DNA of 64,000 nt from an uncultured Aliarcobacter sp. (lineage in GTDB: Bacteria; Campylobacterota; Campylobacteria; Campylobacterales; Arcobacteraceae): positions 32,001 through 96,000 of the forward strand of contig OY781945.1 in NCBI GenBank assembly GCA_963677435.1, in the 5' to 3' direction. The notes beneath the pieces were generated by a model. That model saw only the letters and a program-made list of their open reading frames with translations. It was not told the DNA's origin and ran no database searches. Positions 20,269 to 30,124 of the stretch are shown in pieces. How positions within the stretch are numbered: position 1 is the stretch's first letter; each line of letters opens with the position of its first letter. The position numbers were made by a program, and so were the translations under genes.

Positions 20269-21023
20269 ATTACTACCCTTAATAACACTAACATGAAAAT
20301 AGCACCAAATAAATATCCATCAGTTCTATCTAATATTCCACCATGTCCAGGAAGAATTGAGCCACTATCTTTTACATCAGCTTCTCTTTTTAAGTAACTT
20401 TCAAATAAATCTCCAAAAATTGAAGCAACTGATACAACTGCTGAAATTATTAAAGAGTTGATAAATCCAACTTCATTTATTGAGAAAAGTGCTCCTAAAA
20501 TTACTGCAAAAATAACTCCTCCAATAACACCTTCTAAAGTTTTATTAGGACTTGTTTCACAAAATTTTGTTTTTCCAATGCTTTTTCCTACAAAATAAGC
20601 ACCAATATCAGTACTTGCAACAATTATTAATAACCATAAAAGTGTCATAGAACCATATTCACTATATAAAGACAAAAGAAATAAAAATGATGCAGTTGGA
20701 TATAAAAGTGGTAAAAACATATGTACATTTAGTGTTTTTTTATACGCCAACTGTGAAGCATAAGCAATAGCCACAATAAATACTAAATCTTCTGGTTTTG
20801 GATAAAAATATGCTGCTATCCATAAAAGTGAAGTGTATACATAAATACTATCACTTTTTAAACCAAAAAGTTTTTTTGCTTCAGATATAGAAATCATTAA
20901 CATGATTCCAAAAACTAACCAAAATATAAAATATGAATCGATATAACCTATTACTAGCATTGCTATAAATAATACAATACCTGTTTTTATACGAGTTGAA
21001 CTCTCATTTATTATGTTTAACAT
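20265..21023 (-). CDS. cdsA: Phosphatidate cytidylyltransferase
   Basis: SPNKTLEG, GDLFESYLKR, KDSGSILPGHGGILDRTD. Confidence 0.95.
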   Translation of the reverse strand: MLNIINESSTRIKTGIVLFIAMLVIGYIDSYFIFWLVFGIMLMISISEAKKLFGLKSDSIYVYTSLLWIAAYFYPKPEDLVFIVAIAYASQLAYKKTLNVHMFLPLLYPTASFLFLLSLYSEYGSMTLLWLLIIVASTDIGAYFVGKSIGKTKFCETSPNKTLEGVIGGVIFAVILGALFSINEVGFINSLIISAVVSVASIFGDLFESYLKREADVKDSGSILPGHGGILDRTDGYLFGAIFMLVLLRVVI

Positions 21024-21109
21024 CTCATTGAACCTTAAATTTAAAAGTTCAATATTATATCTAAAATTGATTTGTAATTATTAAAGTATAGTAAAGAAGA
21101 TTAATATTA

Positions 21110-21145
21110 TTAAGAATAATGTATTTTTTTATACATTATTCTTAA
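21110..21145 (-). terminator. Hairpin downstream of traT
   Basis: 15-bp arms TTAAGAATAATGTAT / ATACATTATTCTTAA. Confidence 0.6.
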
Positions 21146-21150
21146 ATTTT

Positions 21151-21927
21151 CTAAAATAGTCCAGCTATTTGAGCTGAAATTTGTTTTTCTAAAATAGGTG
21201 TTGCTTCTGCTAATGTTAAATTCATTTTTGTAGCTTCTGCAAATAACATAGTTTTGTGTTCAATATAATCAGTTTCATATTGTTGAGCTGTTGCATTTCC
21301 CATATTTGAGTTTAATTTTCCTGAAGCATTTGCATTTTTTATATTTCCTGCAAATCCATTCATAAATCCAGCTTTACTTGAATCACTTACACTTGCTTGT
21401 CCATTTGCTGATGCAGTTGATGTATAAACTTTTCCATTAGCTTTTTCTCTAATTAAAATATCAACTTGCATTTGGAAGATTGTGTCTTCAGTCGCTTTTG
21501 CAATTAATCCACCAATTAAAGCAGCTCCTAAACCAACTCCTACCATTTGTCCAGCTCCACCGTTATTATATCCAGAAACTCCAGCTCCAACTGCACCTGC
21601 TGCTAGTGCCCCACCTGCTGTATTATTCTCTTGTTTTTTATCACAATATAATACATTCATCATTAAAACATATGTTGCTAGGGCTGGATCTTCAACTACA
21701 GTATAACCTTTAGCTTGTAATGCACTTAAGATACTGTTTTCAAGATTTATATTTTGGCCACTTGTATTTTTACTAGAAACAAAAATTAATCTTTTATTTT
21801 TAGCAACTGGATTTATAAATACACTTTGTGTCATTTTTGAACTAGTTTGTAATTCTGATGTTGCACAACCTGAGAATAATATAGTTGCAGCTACAACACT
21901 CATTCCTAATGATTTTAATTTTATCAT
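21151..21927 (-). CDS. traT: TraT complement-resistance family lipoprotein
   Basis: Lipobox LFSGC; KMTQSVFINPV; KNTSG; glycine zipper; MQVDILIRE; C-terminal IAGLF; AAAGGA RBS before ATG 21927. Confidence 0.8.
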   Translation of the reverse strand: MIKLKSLGMSVVAATILFSGCATSELQTSSKMTQSVFINPVAKNKRLIFVSSKNTSGQNINLENSILSALQAKGYTVVEDPALATYVLMMNVLYCDKKQENNTAGGALAAGAVGAGVSGYNNGGAGQMVGVGLGAALIGGLIAKATEDTIFQMQVDILIREKANGKVYTSTASANGQASVSDSSKAGFMNGFAGNIKNANASGKLNSNMGNATAQQYETDYIEHKTMLFAEATKMNLTLAEATPILEKQISAQIAGLF

Positions 21928-21955
21928 TCTTTTTCCTTTTTCAATTGATTCTATA

Positions 21956-21990
21956 ATTATACTATTCAAATGACTCATTATTGACTCATT
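21956..21990 (-). promoter_or_regulatory. traT promoter with 11-bp-period direct repeat
   Basis: AATGAGTCA twice (21990-21982, 21979-21971) upstream of TATAAT (21961-21956). Confidence 0.55.
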
Positions 21991-22001
21991 TTTAATGAAA
22001 T

Positions 22002-23330
22002 TTAAAATTTTATAACTATTGTTGTATATGGATTATATAAAACATTTGCACCTGATTGGATTTTTACATTTCTTCTTTGGGTAAAATCTACTTCATAAGT
22101 TCCTGCAAAATCTACAGAAAATTTTGCACATAAAATTGCTGCTTGCTCTATTACATTATCTGGAATTGTTTTTTTGCTATTTTGAACAATTACATGAGAT
22201 GATGGTCTATCTTTTAGGTGAAACCAAAAATCACTAGCTTTTGAATTTTCTAATAAATAGATATTTTCTCTCTCACTTGTTCCTAACATTATTTTAAAAC
22301 CTTCAAAATAAAAACTTTCACAAAGTTGAGCTTTTTTTGTTTTTATTTGATTTCTTTCTTTTTTTGGAGATAAAAATTCGCACTCTTCGATAGATTCAGC
22401 ATTATTTATATTATTCATAAGTCTTAATAAAAATTCTAATTTTTCATCTAAATTATCTTTTTCTAATGAGATATTAGAAGCTTTTTGTTTTGCTCTTTTT
22501 GCTTTTTTAAATAAATCATTTGAATATTTTGAAGCACTTGATTTCTCTTCTAAATCAATCTCAACTTCAACTCCTTCATAATTAAAAACTTTTAAACTTT
22601 TTTGATAAGGTTTAATATTATGTAAATTTGAAAGTATTAAATTTGCTTTTTCATAAAGCATATTAGATTCAAGTTCCAATTCCTCTTTTTTAGGCAAAGA
22701 TTCAATAGTTTTTTTTAGTTTCTTTGCTTTCTTATCTATTTGAGATATTTTCTGTTTTTTTACATTTTCTAAACTCTGTTTCTCTTTTTCTTCATAGATT
22801 TCATATAAATACTCTTCAATATTCTCAACTGTATCTACTTTGGGTATAAAACTTTGCTTTGGAATTTCATCAAGTTTTATTCCAACTTTTACAACTCTAC
22901 TTGAAGAGAACTCATCCACATGTCTTAGAGCTTCAATTATTACTCTATTTTCATCTAAGATAATTATATTTGTATGTTTTCCTGTAAATTCAAGTTGTAA
23001 AATTGTTGTTAATTTTTTATATGAAGATGAAGAATTTACTTTTATATTTATTATTTTGTCATCATTATAAAGTTCAATATTCTCTATTTTTGAGTTATAA
23101 AATCTTTTTTGTAAGGCAACATCAAATGGTGCATTAAAATCTTTTTTTGACGATAAAACTTTCTTACATTTAAAAATTGTACTGTTACTTTTTGATATAT
23201 CAACATATATTATATTTCTATTATTAAATTCAATTATAATAATATTATTGTCAATTCTCCTTAAAAGCTTGATATTTTGGGCATTTATAGACAAATAATC
23301 AACTATTTGCTTTAATAAAAAATGTTTCAT
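22002..23330 (-). CDS. NFACT family (RqcH/FbpA-like) protein
   Basis: LEFTGKHTNIIILD, coiled coil, DFWFHLKDRPSSHVI, VDFTQRRNV. Confidence 0.88.
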   Translation of the reverse strand: MKHFLLKQIVDYLSINAQNIKLLRRIDNNIIIIEFNNRNIIYVDISKSNSTIFKCKKVLSSKKDFNAPFDVALQKRFYNSKIENIELYNDDKIINIKVNSSSSYKKLTTILQLEFTGKHTNIIILDENRVIIEALRHVDEFSSSRVVKVGIKLDEIPKQSFIPKVDTVENIEEYLYEIYEEKEKQSLENVKKQKISQIDKKAKKLKKTIESLPKKEELELESNMLYEKANLILSNLHNIKPYQKSLKVFNYEGVEVEIDLEEKSSASKYSNDLFKKAKRAKQKASNISLEKDNLDEKLEFLLRLMNNINNAESIEECEFLSPKKERNQIKTKKAQLCESFYFEGFKIMLGTSERENIYLLENSKASDFWFHLKDRPSSHVIVQNSKKTIPDNVIEQAAILCAKFSVDFAGTYEVDFTQRRNVKIQSGANVLYNPYTTIVIKF

Positions 23331-23415
23331 AATTATTCACTTTTTGTAATTTTTTCTAAGAATTTATTTATATACATTAGCTATAATGATATAAATTTTT
23401 CTATCGGAGTATAAC

Positions 23416-23736
23416 ATGAAATTATTAAAAATCATTTTGGCAAGTTCATTGCTTTTAGGTGTTGCATCAACTTCATTATCAGCAGATGCAGTAAAAGGTC
23501 AGAAGTTATTTACAAAATTTCTAAAAGGACCTTGTGATATGACAGGTGCAAAATTTGCTGCAAAACATTCTCAAGAAGAGTGGAAACAAATTAAAGAAGC
23601 TGGTAAATTCGAAGCTGAAGTTATGAGTATTTGTCCAAATGTAAAAGCTGGTGATTTAAGTAAATCTGTTCAAGATAATATTATTGAATTTTCAATTGAA
23701 TTTGCAAATGATTCTGGAAATGTTCCTTCTTGTTAA
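23416..23736 (+). CDS. Secreted cytochrome-c-like small protein without CxxCH
   Basis: GGAG RBS; Sec signal; ADAVKGQKLF start typical of class I cytochrome c helix 1; Cys40, His51, Cys73, C-terminal Cys106. Confidence 0.7.
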   Translation: MKLLKIILASSLLLGVASTSLSADAVKGQKLFTKFLKGPCDMTGAKFAAKHSQEEWKQIKEAGKFEAEVMSICPNVKAGDLSKSVQDNIIEFSIEFANDSGNVPSC

Positions 23737-23755
23737 TAATATAAGTTGAAATTAT

Positions 23756-23788
23756 AAAAAGGGGGTGACATAAAAAGCACCCCTTTTT
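23756..23788 (+). terminator. Intrinsic terminator
   Basis: GGGGTG/CACCCC stem flanked by A and T runs. Confidence 0.75.
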
Positions 23789-23844
23789 AATGACTACTAA
23801 TAATCTTAAACAAAAATAATAAAGATTTAAATAAAGGAAAAAAC

Positions 23845-25437
23845 ATGAAAAAAAGTCTAATTGCGCTGTCTTGCGTAGCAGCGTTTGCAAGCACAACTTT
23901 TGCCAGCGATGTTAATGCTGAAATGCTTAAACAAATTCAAGCCCTAAAAGCTCAAATTGATGCTTTAGAAAAAAAAGTAGCAGCTCAAGAGGCTACACAA
24001 ACTCAAAAAGTTGAACAACCTGCACTAACAACTATTGATGAAAAAAGAATTGAAAAAATTGAAAAAAAACTTGACACTGTTTCAAAAACTGCAACCGCTG
24101 CAAAAATCCAAAGCGGAAATGATAATCTAAAATGGGATGTTGATTTTAGAACACAAGTTGATAATATTCAATATAAACTAGCAGATGGTTCAAAAGCAAA
24201 AAATAATGCTTTATTAACTAATAGATTATGGTTAGGTGCTGGTTATAAAGCAGATGACAACTCATCATTTCACGGAAAATTATCTTATAACAAAGCCTTT
24301 GGAGATACAGCAAATCACTCACAATCAAATACAAATCCTGGATATGCAAACTTTGACTGGGTTACAAATGAAAATGCAACGGACAATACAATCAAACTAA
24401 AAGAAGCTTATTGGTTATATTCAAATGACACATTCTTTGGAACAGATATTCCATGGTCAGCATCAGTTGGAAGAAGACCTTCAACAGATGGTTTACCTAT
24501 AAATATAAGAAATGACCAAAAAGAAAACTCTCCCTTATCACATGTGGTTGATGTTGAGTTTGATGGATTCTCATTTAAATTTGACACAGAAGCAGTTACT
24601 GGATTTACTGGTTCTTGGTTTAAAATTTGTGCAGGAAGGGGTTTATCAAATGCAACACCTAGATTTGATATGTTTAGCCCTGCATATTCAACAGATGATA
24701 GTAAAAATGTAGATGTGGATTTATTAGGAATAATTGCTGTTCCTTATGATAATGGGCAATATTCAGTTCATATGAACTATGCTAGAGCTTGGAATTTAAT
24801 TGGATTTGATGGGCAATCTTTAAATAATTTCAATACTAAATATAGCGCATATCAAAGTTCACCAAGTGCTACTACTGCATATGATTTACAAATGGCAAGT
24901 CCATCATTTAAAGATGTTGGAGATATTGACTATGCAACTATTTTGTTTAAAACTGAAGGTATAGGAAATGGCATTTCTGATTATTTAGATAACAGTGTTG
25001 CTTTTGCTTCATTTGCAATGAGTAAAACTAATCCAAATGATTTAGGGATGTTAGGTTCAACTGATTCAGAAACAGGGACATCTGTTTGGTTAGGAATAAA
25101 TGCACCATGTCCTATTACACCAGATAGTGCGAAAATTGGATTTGAATGGAATAAAGGTAGTAAATATTGGCGATCTATGACTTATGGTGAAGATACTTAT
25201 GCTGGAAGTAAAATTGCTGTTCGAGGTCAAGCATGGGAAGTTTATAGAACTCAAAAATTAACTAATGCTTTAAGTTTTGGAGTTAGTTATGTATTAATGC
25301 AATATGATTATACAGGTTCAAACTCTTTCTTTGGAGCAGATGGAACTCCTATGACCATGGCAGAAGCTCAAAGTGCTGGACAAAATCCAGTTAAAGAAGC
25401 TCAAGATATTAGAGCTTATATGAGATATAGATTCTAA
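23845..25437 (+). CDS. DUF3373-like outer-membrane protein (coiled coil + probable beta-barrel)
   Basis: Signal peptide; N-terminal coiled coil; DFRTQVD, SVGRRPSTDG, GSKYW; C-terminal YMRYRF Bam signal. Confidence 0.75.
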   Translation: MKKSLIALSCVAAFASTTFASDVNAEMLKQIQALKAQIDALEKKVAAQEATQTQKVEQPALTTIDEKRIEKIEKKLDTVSKTATAAKIQSGNDNLKWDVDFRTQVDNIQYKLADGSKAKNNALLTNRLWLGAGYKADDNSSFHGKLSYNKAFGDTANHSQSNTNPGYANFDWVTNENATDNTIKLKEAYWLYSNDTFFGTDIPWSASVGRRPSTDGLPINIRNDQKENSPLSHVVDVEFDGFSFKFDTEAVTGFTGSWFKICAGRGLSNATPRFDMFSPAYSTDDSKNVDVDLLGIIAVPYDNGQYSVHMNYARAWNLIGFDGQSLNNFNTKYSAYQSSPSATTAYDLQMASPSFKDVGDIDYATILFKTEGIGNGISDYLDNSVAFASFAMSKTNPNDLGMLGSTDSETGTSVWLGINAPCPITPDSAKIGFEWNKGSKYWRSMTYGEDTYAGSKIAVRGQAWEVYRTQKLTNALSFGVSYVLMQYDYTGSNSFFGADGTPMTMAEAQSAGQNPVKEAQDIRAYMRYRF

Positions 25438-25439
25438 AT

Positions 25440-25463
25440 AAAAAGAGGATTTAACCTCTTTTT
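25440..25463. terminator. Bidirectional terminator
   Basis: AAAAGAGG/CCTCTTTT between convergent genes. Confidence 0.7.
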
Positions 25464-25470
25464 ATATTTT

Positions 25471-25986
25471 CTATCTTATATTGTATTTATCAAACTTATA
25501 TATAACTTTTTCAGCAAGTTCAATCATCTTAATATTCAACTTTCTAAATTCTTTATCTTTTATCTCTATTAAAAGATTATCATAAACATTTGCATATGGA
25601 TAAATAATAAAATAAATATACTCTTTTGATTTTGATTCTTTATTTAACTCTTTAAACCAAAGAGCAAGAAGTGAGAAATAAAGCATAGAAGGATTAAACT
25701 CTTCATTTTGTTTTAAATTTTTTGAAATTTCTTCATTTATAAAATTGTATCCATCTAATATAGCTTTAATTTTGTAGTGTTTTCTGTTTGATAAATAGTA
25801 GTTTGGCGGAAATGTTACATTTGAAATTTGTTTTAACATATCATTTCCAATATTATTAAATTTATTAATAACTTCTTTATCCATAATATATTTATCTAAG
25901 TCTATCCCATCTTTATACGATAGAATTAAGTCTTTACAAAATAACAATATACTTTCCGTTTTTATTTTTGATAAGTTTAAAATCAT
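25471..25986 (-). CDS. Hypothetical protein
   Basis: 171-aa ORF filling the gap; TACAAT 5 nt upstream of ATG. Confidence 0.7.
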   Translation of the reverse strand: MILNLSKIKTESILLFCKDLILSYKDGIDLDKYIMDKEVINKFNNIGNDMLKQISNVTFPPNYYLSNRKHYKIKAILDGYNFINEEISKNLKQNEEFNPSMLYFSLLALWFKELNKESKSKEYIYFIIYPYANVYDNLLIEIKDKEFRKLNIKMIELAEKVIYKFDKYNIR

Positions 25987-26096
25987 GCTTAATTGTAACG
26001 AAAATTTACTAAATTAAGTTATATCTCATTAAGTTTAAGTCAGTTTGAGGTAAAATAATCGTAATTTAATAAATAATTAAGAAAAAAAGGAATTTA

Positions 26097-27905
26097 TTGG
26101 AACCTATTGGTATATTAAAAGATGGTCAAATCTACGACCTTCAAACTGCTCTGGCTTTAAATATCCAAGGAGAAGAGATTAAAGCTGATGATTCAAAAGA
26201 ATCTTTAGATATTTTAAGACACTCTTGTGCTCACATGATGGCTCAAGCTATCAAAGAACTTTATCCTGAAGCAAAATTCTTCGTTGGACCTGTTGTAAAA
26301 GAAGGTTTTTACTATGATTTTAAAGTAGAAAGTAAAATCTCAGATGAGGATTTACCTACTATTGAAAAGAAAATGAAAGAAATCGCAGATAGAAAACTTC
26401 CTATTACCCGACACGAAACTACAAAAGAAGAGTTTTTCGAAAAATTCAAAAATGATGAATTAAAACAAGCTGTTCTTAAAAATATCAAAGATGATACTCT
26501 AACGATCTATAAACAAGGTGATTTTGAAGATTTATGTAGAGGCCCTCACTTACCAAATACTAGAATGATTAGAAGTTTCAAACTAACAAGAGTTGCTGGT
26601 GCATATCTTGGTGGTGATGAAAAAAATGAAATGATTACTAGAATCTATGGTATTGCATTTTTTGACAAACAAGCATTATTTGATTATTCAAAAATGATTG
26701 AAGAAGCTAAAAAAAGAGATCATAGAAAACTTGGAACTGAATTAGAGCTTTTTACATTTAATGATGATGTAGGAGCAGGTCTTCCAATGTGGTTACCAAA
26801 TGGTGCAAGATTAAGATCTAAACTTGAACACCTTTTATATAAAGCACATAGAATTAGAGGTTATGAACCAGTTCGTGGTCCTGAAATATTAAAAGCAGAA
26901 ATGTGGAAAATATCTGGTCACTATGCAAACTACAAAGAAAATATGTACTTTACTACTATTGATGATCAAGAATATGGTATTAAACCAATGAACTGTGTCG
27001 GTCATATTCAAATCTTTAAAAACAATTTAGTTTCATATAAAGATTTACCAAAAAAACTTTTTGAATATGGTGTTGTTCATAGACATGAAATGTCAGGGGC
27101 TATGCATGGATTATTTAGAGTTAGAGAATTTACTCAAGATGATTCACATATATTTTGTACACAAGATCAAATCAAGCAAGTAATATTTGAAGTTCTTGAA
27201 TTTGTAGATTCATTACTTAAAATGTTTGATTTCAAATATGAAATTGAAGTATCTACGAAACCAGAAAAAGCAATTGGTGATGATATTTTCTGGGAAAAAA
27301 CAACTGCTGGTATCATGGATGCCTTAAATGAAAAAAATATTGAATATGGAATTGATGAAGGTGGAGGAGCATTTTATGGTCCAAAAATCGACATTAAAAT
27401 CTTAGATGCAATTGGAAGAAAATGGCAATGTGGAACTGTTCAAGTAGATATGAACTTACCTTCTAGATTTAATGCTGAATTCATCAACGAAAAAGGTGAA
27501 AAAGAACAACCAGTAATGATTCACAGAGCAATACTAGGTTCTTTTGAAAGATTTATAGGAATTTTAACTGAGCATTGTGCTGGTGAATTTCCATTTGCAA
27601 TTGCACCAACTCAAGTTATTTTTGTACCAATTGCTGATACTCATGTTGAATATGCAAAAGAGTTACAAAAAGAATTACAAGAAAATGATATGGATTCAAA
27701 AATCTTTGATATGAACGAAAGTTTAAATAAAAGAATTAGAATGGCAGAAAAACAAAGAGTTCCAATGATAGTTGTTATTGGTGATGAGGAAGTTGCTAAT
27801 AAATCTATTGCGTTAAGAAATAGAAGAACAAGAGAACAATCTAACATGAGCAAAGATGAGTTTATATCTATGCTAAATGAAATAATAAGCGGGAGCAAAA
27901 TTTGA
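26097..27905 (+). CDS. thrS: Threonine--tRNA ligase
   Basis: [56 protein letters not shown] start. Confidence 0.98.
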   Translation: MEPIGILKDGQIYDLQTALALNIQGEEIKADDSKESLDILRHSCAHMMAQAIKELYPEAKFFVGPVVKEGFYYDFKVESKISDEDLPTIEKKMKEIADRKLPITRHETTKEEFFEKFKNDELKQAVLKNIKDDTLTIYKQGDFEDLCRGPHLPNTRMIRSFKLTRVAGAYLGGDEKNEMITRIYGIAFFDKQALFDYSKMIEEAKKRDHRKLGTELELFTFNDDVGAGLPMWLPNGARLRSKLEHLLYKAHRIRGYEPVRGPEILKAEMWKISGHYANYKENMYFTTIDDQEYGIKPMNCVGHIQIFKNNLVSYKDLPKKLFEYGVVHRHEMSGAMHGLFRVREFTQDDSHIFCTQDQIKQVIFEVLEFVDSLLKMFDFKYEIEVSTKPEKAIGDDIFWEKTTAGIMDALNEKNIEYGIDEGGGAFYGPKIDIKILDAIGRKWQCGTVQVDMNLPSRFNAEFINEKGEKEQPVMIHRAILGSFERFIGILTEHCAGEFPFAIAPTQVIFVPIADTHVEYAKELQKELQENDMDSKIFDMNESLNKRIRMAEKQRVPMIVVIGDEEVANKSIALRNRRTREQSNMSKDEFISMLNEIISGSKI

Positions 27906-28426
27906 GTAAAGACAAAAGAAAAGACGATGTAATCATGAATGAAATGATTACAGTAAAAGAAGTGAGATGTACAGGTGATGATGGAACTAATTATGGGATA
28001 ATTAGCACAGCTGAAGCACTTCAAACTGCAGATAGCTTAGGTTTAGACTTAGTGTTAATTGCCCCAGATGGTAAACCACCTGTTGCTAAAATTATGGATT
28101 ATGGTAAATTTAGATACCAACAAGAAAAAAAGAAAAAAGAAGCTAAAAAAAATCAAAAAGTAATTGTTGTTAAAGAGATTAAATTATCTGTTAAAATTGC
28201 TGAAAATGATATTAGCTATAAAGTAAAACATGCAAGAGAATTCATTGAAGAAGGAAATCATGTTAAATTTAGAGTTTTCTTAAAAGGTAGAGAAATGGCT
28301 AATCCACAATCTGGAGTTGATGTTTTAAATAAAATATGGCCAATGATTGAAGATATTGCAGTTATGGATAAAGAACCTAAACTTGAAGGAAGATACGTTA
28401 ATATGATGGCTCTTCCAAAAAACTAA
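27902..28426 (+). CDS. infC: Translation initiation factor IF-3
   Basis: [30 protein letters not shown] start overlapping thrS TGA. Confidence 0.96.
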   Translation: MSKDKRKDDVIMNEMITVKEVRCTGDDGTNYGIISTAEALQTADSLGLDLVLIAPDGKPPVAKIMDYGKFRYQQEKKKKEAKKNQKVIVVKEIKLSVKIAENDISYKVKHAREFIEEGNHVKFRVFLKGREMANPQSGVDVLNKIWPMIEDIAVMDKEPKLEGRYVNMMALPKN

Positions 28427-28443
28427 CAAATTTTGCTCCAAAG

Positions 28444-28470
28444 AAAAAGAAGGGTTTACCTCTTCTTTTT
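28444..28470 (+). terminator. Terminator after infC
   Basis: AAAAAGAAG/CTTCTTTTT inverted repeat. Confidence 0.7.
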
Positions 28471-28585
28471 CTATTTTAAATAAAAAAAATCAATATTCTT
28501 AAACTTATATCAAGTTCTTTTTAAGTATAATCCAAAACTTTTTCATGTTTAAATGAAATTGCAAATTTATAAGGAGGATTCTTCA

Positions 28586-28783
28586 ATGCCAAAAATGAAA
28601 ACAGTTAGTGGCGCTTTAAAAAGATTTAAAGTGAAGAAAAACGGGTCAATTAAAAGAGGATCAGCTTTTAGAAGCCATATCTTAACTAAAATGACACAAA
28701 AAAGAAAAAGAAACTTAAGAGGACCAAAAACTGTACATAGTACTGATGCTGGTAGAATTCTTATAGCGTTGTGTAAAGCGTAA
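28586..28783 (+). CDS. rpmI: 50S ribosomal protein L35
   Basis: MPKMKT...KRFK...HILTK; AAGGAGG RBS; TATAAT at 28526-28531. Confidence 0.97.
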   Translation: MPKMKTVSGALKRFKVKKNGSIKRGSAFRSHILTKMTQKRKRNLRGPKTVHSTDAGRILIALCKA

Positions 28784-28886
28784 TTACTTTTTAAAAAAAG
28801 TAATTTTTGTCCCTCCATCGATGATGGAAAAGTTCAGCAATAGCTGACACCTTATTTAAAAATAATGGTAAAGAAAGGAAATATAT

Positions 28887-29243
28887 ATGCCTAGAGTTAA
28901 AACTGGTGTTGTAAGAAGAAGAAGACACAAGAAAGTATTAAAAGCTGCTAGAGGTTTCTTCAGTGGTAGAAGAAAACACTTTAGAAAAGCTAAAGAACAA
29001 TTAGAAAGATCTTTAGTTTATGCTTTTAGAGATAGAAGACAGAAAAAAAGAGATATTAGAAAACTATGGATTATAAGAATCAATGCAGCTTGTAGATTAA
29101 ATGATATTAACTACTCAAGATTCATGAACGGATTAAAATTATCTGGTTTAGAATTTGATAGAAAAATTTTAGCTGATATGGCTATGAATGATTCTGCTGC
29201 ATTTGCATCTTTAGTAGTAACTGCTAAATCTGCACTAAAATAA
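28887..29243 (+). CDS. rplT: 50S ribosomal protein L20
   Basis: [31 protein letters not shown]. Confidence 0.98.
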   Translation: MPRVKTGVVRRRRHKKVLKAARGFFSGRRKHFRKAKEQLERSLVYAFRDRRQKKRDIRKLWIIRINAACRLNDINYSRFMNGLKLSGLEFDRKILADMAMNDSAAFASLVVTAKSALK

Positions 29244-29258
29244 ATTTGCAAAAACATT

Positions 29259-29298
29259 AAAAAAGGCTTAGAAGATTTTCTTCTAAGCCTTTTTTTTT
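29259..29298. terminator. Bidirectional terminator
   Basis: AAAAAAGGCTTAGAAGA / TCTTCTAAGCCTTTTTT. Confidence 0.88.
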
Positions 29299-29314
29299 AC
29301 TCAATTTTAAATTA

Positions 29315-30115
29315 CTATTTTTTTATTTCATTGTTTACTAATGTAGTGGGTAAACCTTCTTTTTTCCAAGTATCAAATCCTGCTGAATAAACCATTACTT
29401 CTTTATAATCTAATGAGACTAACCTATTTGCAATGTCATGTGACTTTTCACAACTATAATTTTCACAAAAAACAACAATTTTTTCATTTTTATTTATAGG
29501 AAATCTACCAATTAATTTATTAAGATTTGTATCAGGAATTGAGATTGCACCAAGTATGGTTTCTTGTAAAAACTTCGAATAAAGTCTTGAATCAACAATC
29601 AAAGCAGAATTTTTTTCTTGAAAAACTTTTATTACTGAGGTATCAATTTCAAGATAACTTAAATCTTTCCATTGGGCTTCTCCTCCTAAATAAACTTTTA
29701 CTTTTGAAAATCCCTTTTCTTTTAATTTTTGGGCAATAATTACACTTTTAGTACAAGTAGAACTTGCACAATAAACTATTAATTCTTTATCCAGAGGAAT
29801 ATCTTTTAATACAGTAAAATACTCTTCAAACTTTGTATCTGGAATATTTATACTTGAGGGAATTGTCCCTTTTTGATATTTTATTTCAGGTCTAACATCT
29901 ATTAAAATAACATCTGCTGAAGTTCTATTTCCTTTTTTTATGACTTTTTTTACATAATTAAAGTCAACTTCTTCTAAATGATTATTCTGGAGTAATTCAA
30001 GAATCTTTTTTTCGGAAATTGACATAGAATCAACTTCTGCAGCAAAAGTTAATGAGCCTATAAAAATATAAACTAATAGACTTATATTAAAAAAAATTAA
30101 AAATTTTTTTCTCAA
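29315..30115 (-). CDS. Exported tandem rhodanese-domain protein
   Basis: Signal/TM N-terminus; LIDVR...GTIPSSINIP...VYCASSTC; IVDSR...ILGAISIP...VFCENYSC; TTG start. Confidence 0.85.
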   Translation of the reverse strand: MRKKFLIFFNISLLVYIFIGSLTFAAEVDSMSISEKKILELLQNNHLEEVDFNYVKKVIKKGNRTSADVILIDVRPEIKYQKGTIPSSINIPDTKFEEYFTVLKDIPLDKELIVYCASSTCTKSVIIAQKLKEKGFSKVKVYLGGEAQWKDLSYLEIDTSVIKVFQEKNSALIVDSRLYSKFLQETILGAISIPDTNLNKLIGRFPINKNEKIVVFCENYSCEKSHDIANRLVSLDYKEVMVYSAGFDTWKKEGLPTTLVNNEIKK

Positions 30116-30124
30116 ATTTATTCC

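Noticed and set aside
21151..21927. traT as evidence of an integrated conjugative element
   Set aside because: Flanked by cdsA and an NFACT gene; no relaxase, T4SS or integrase
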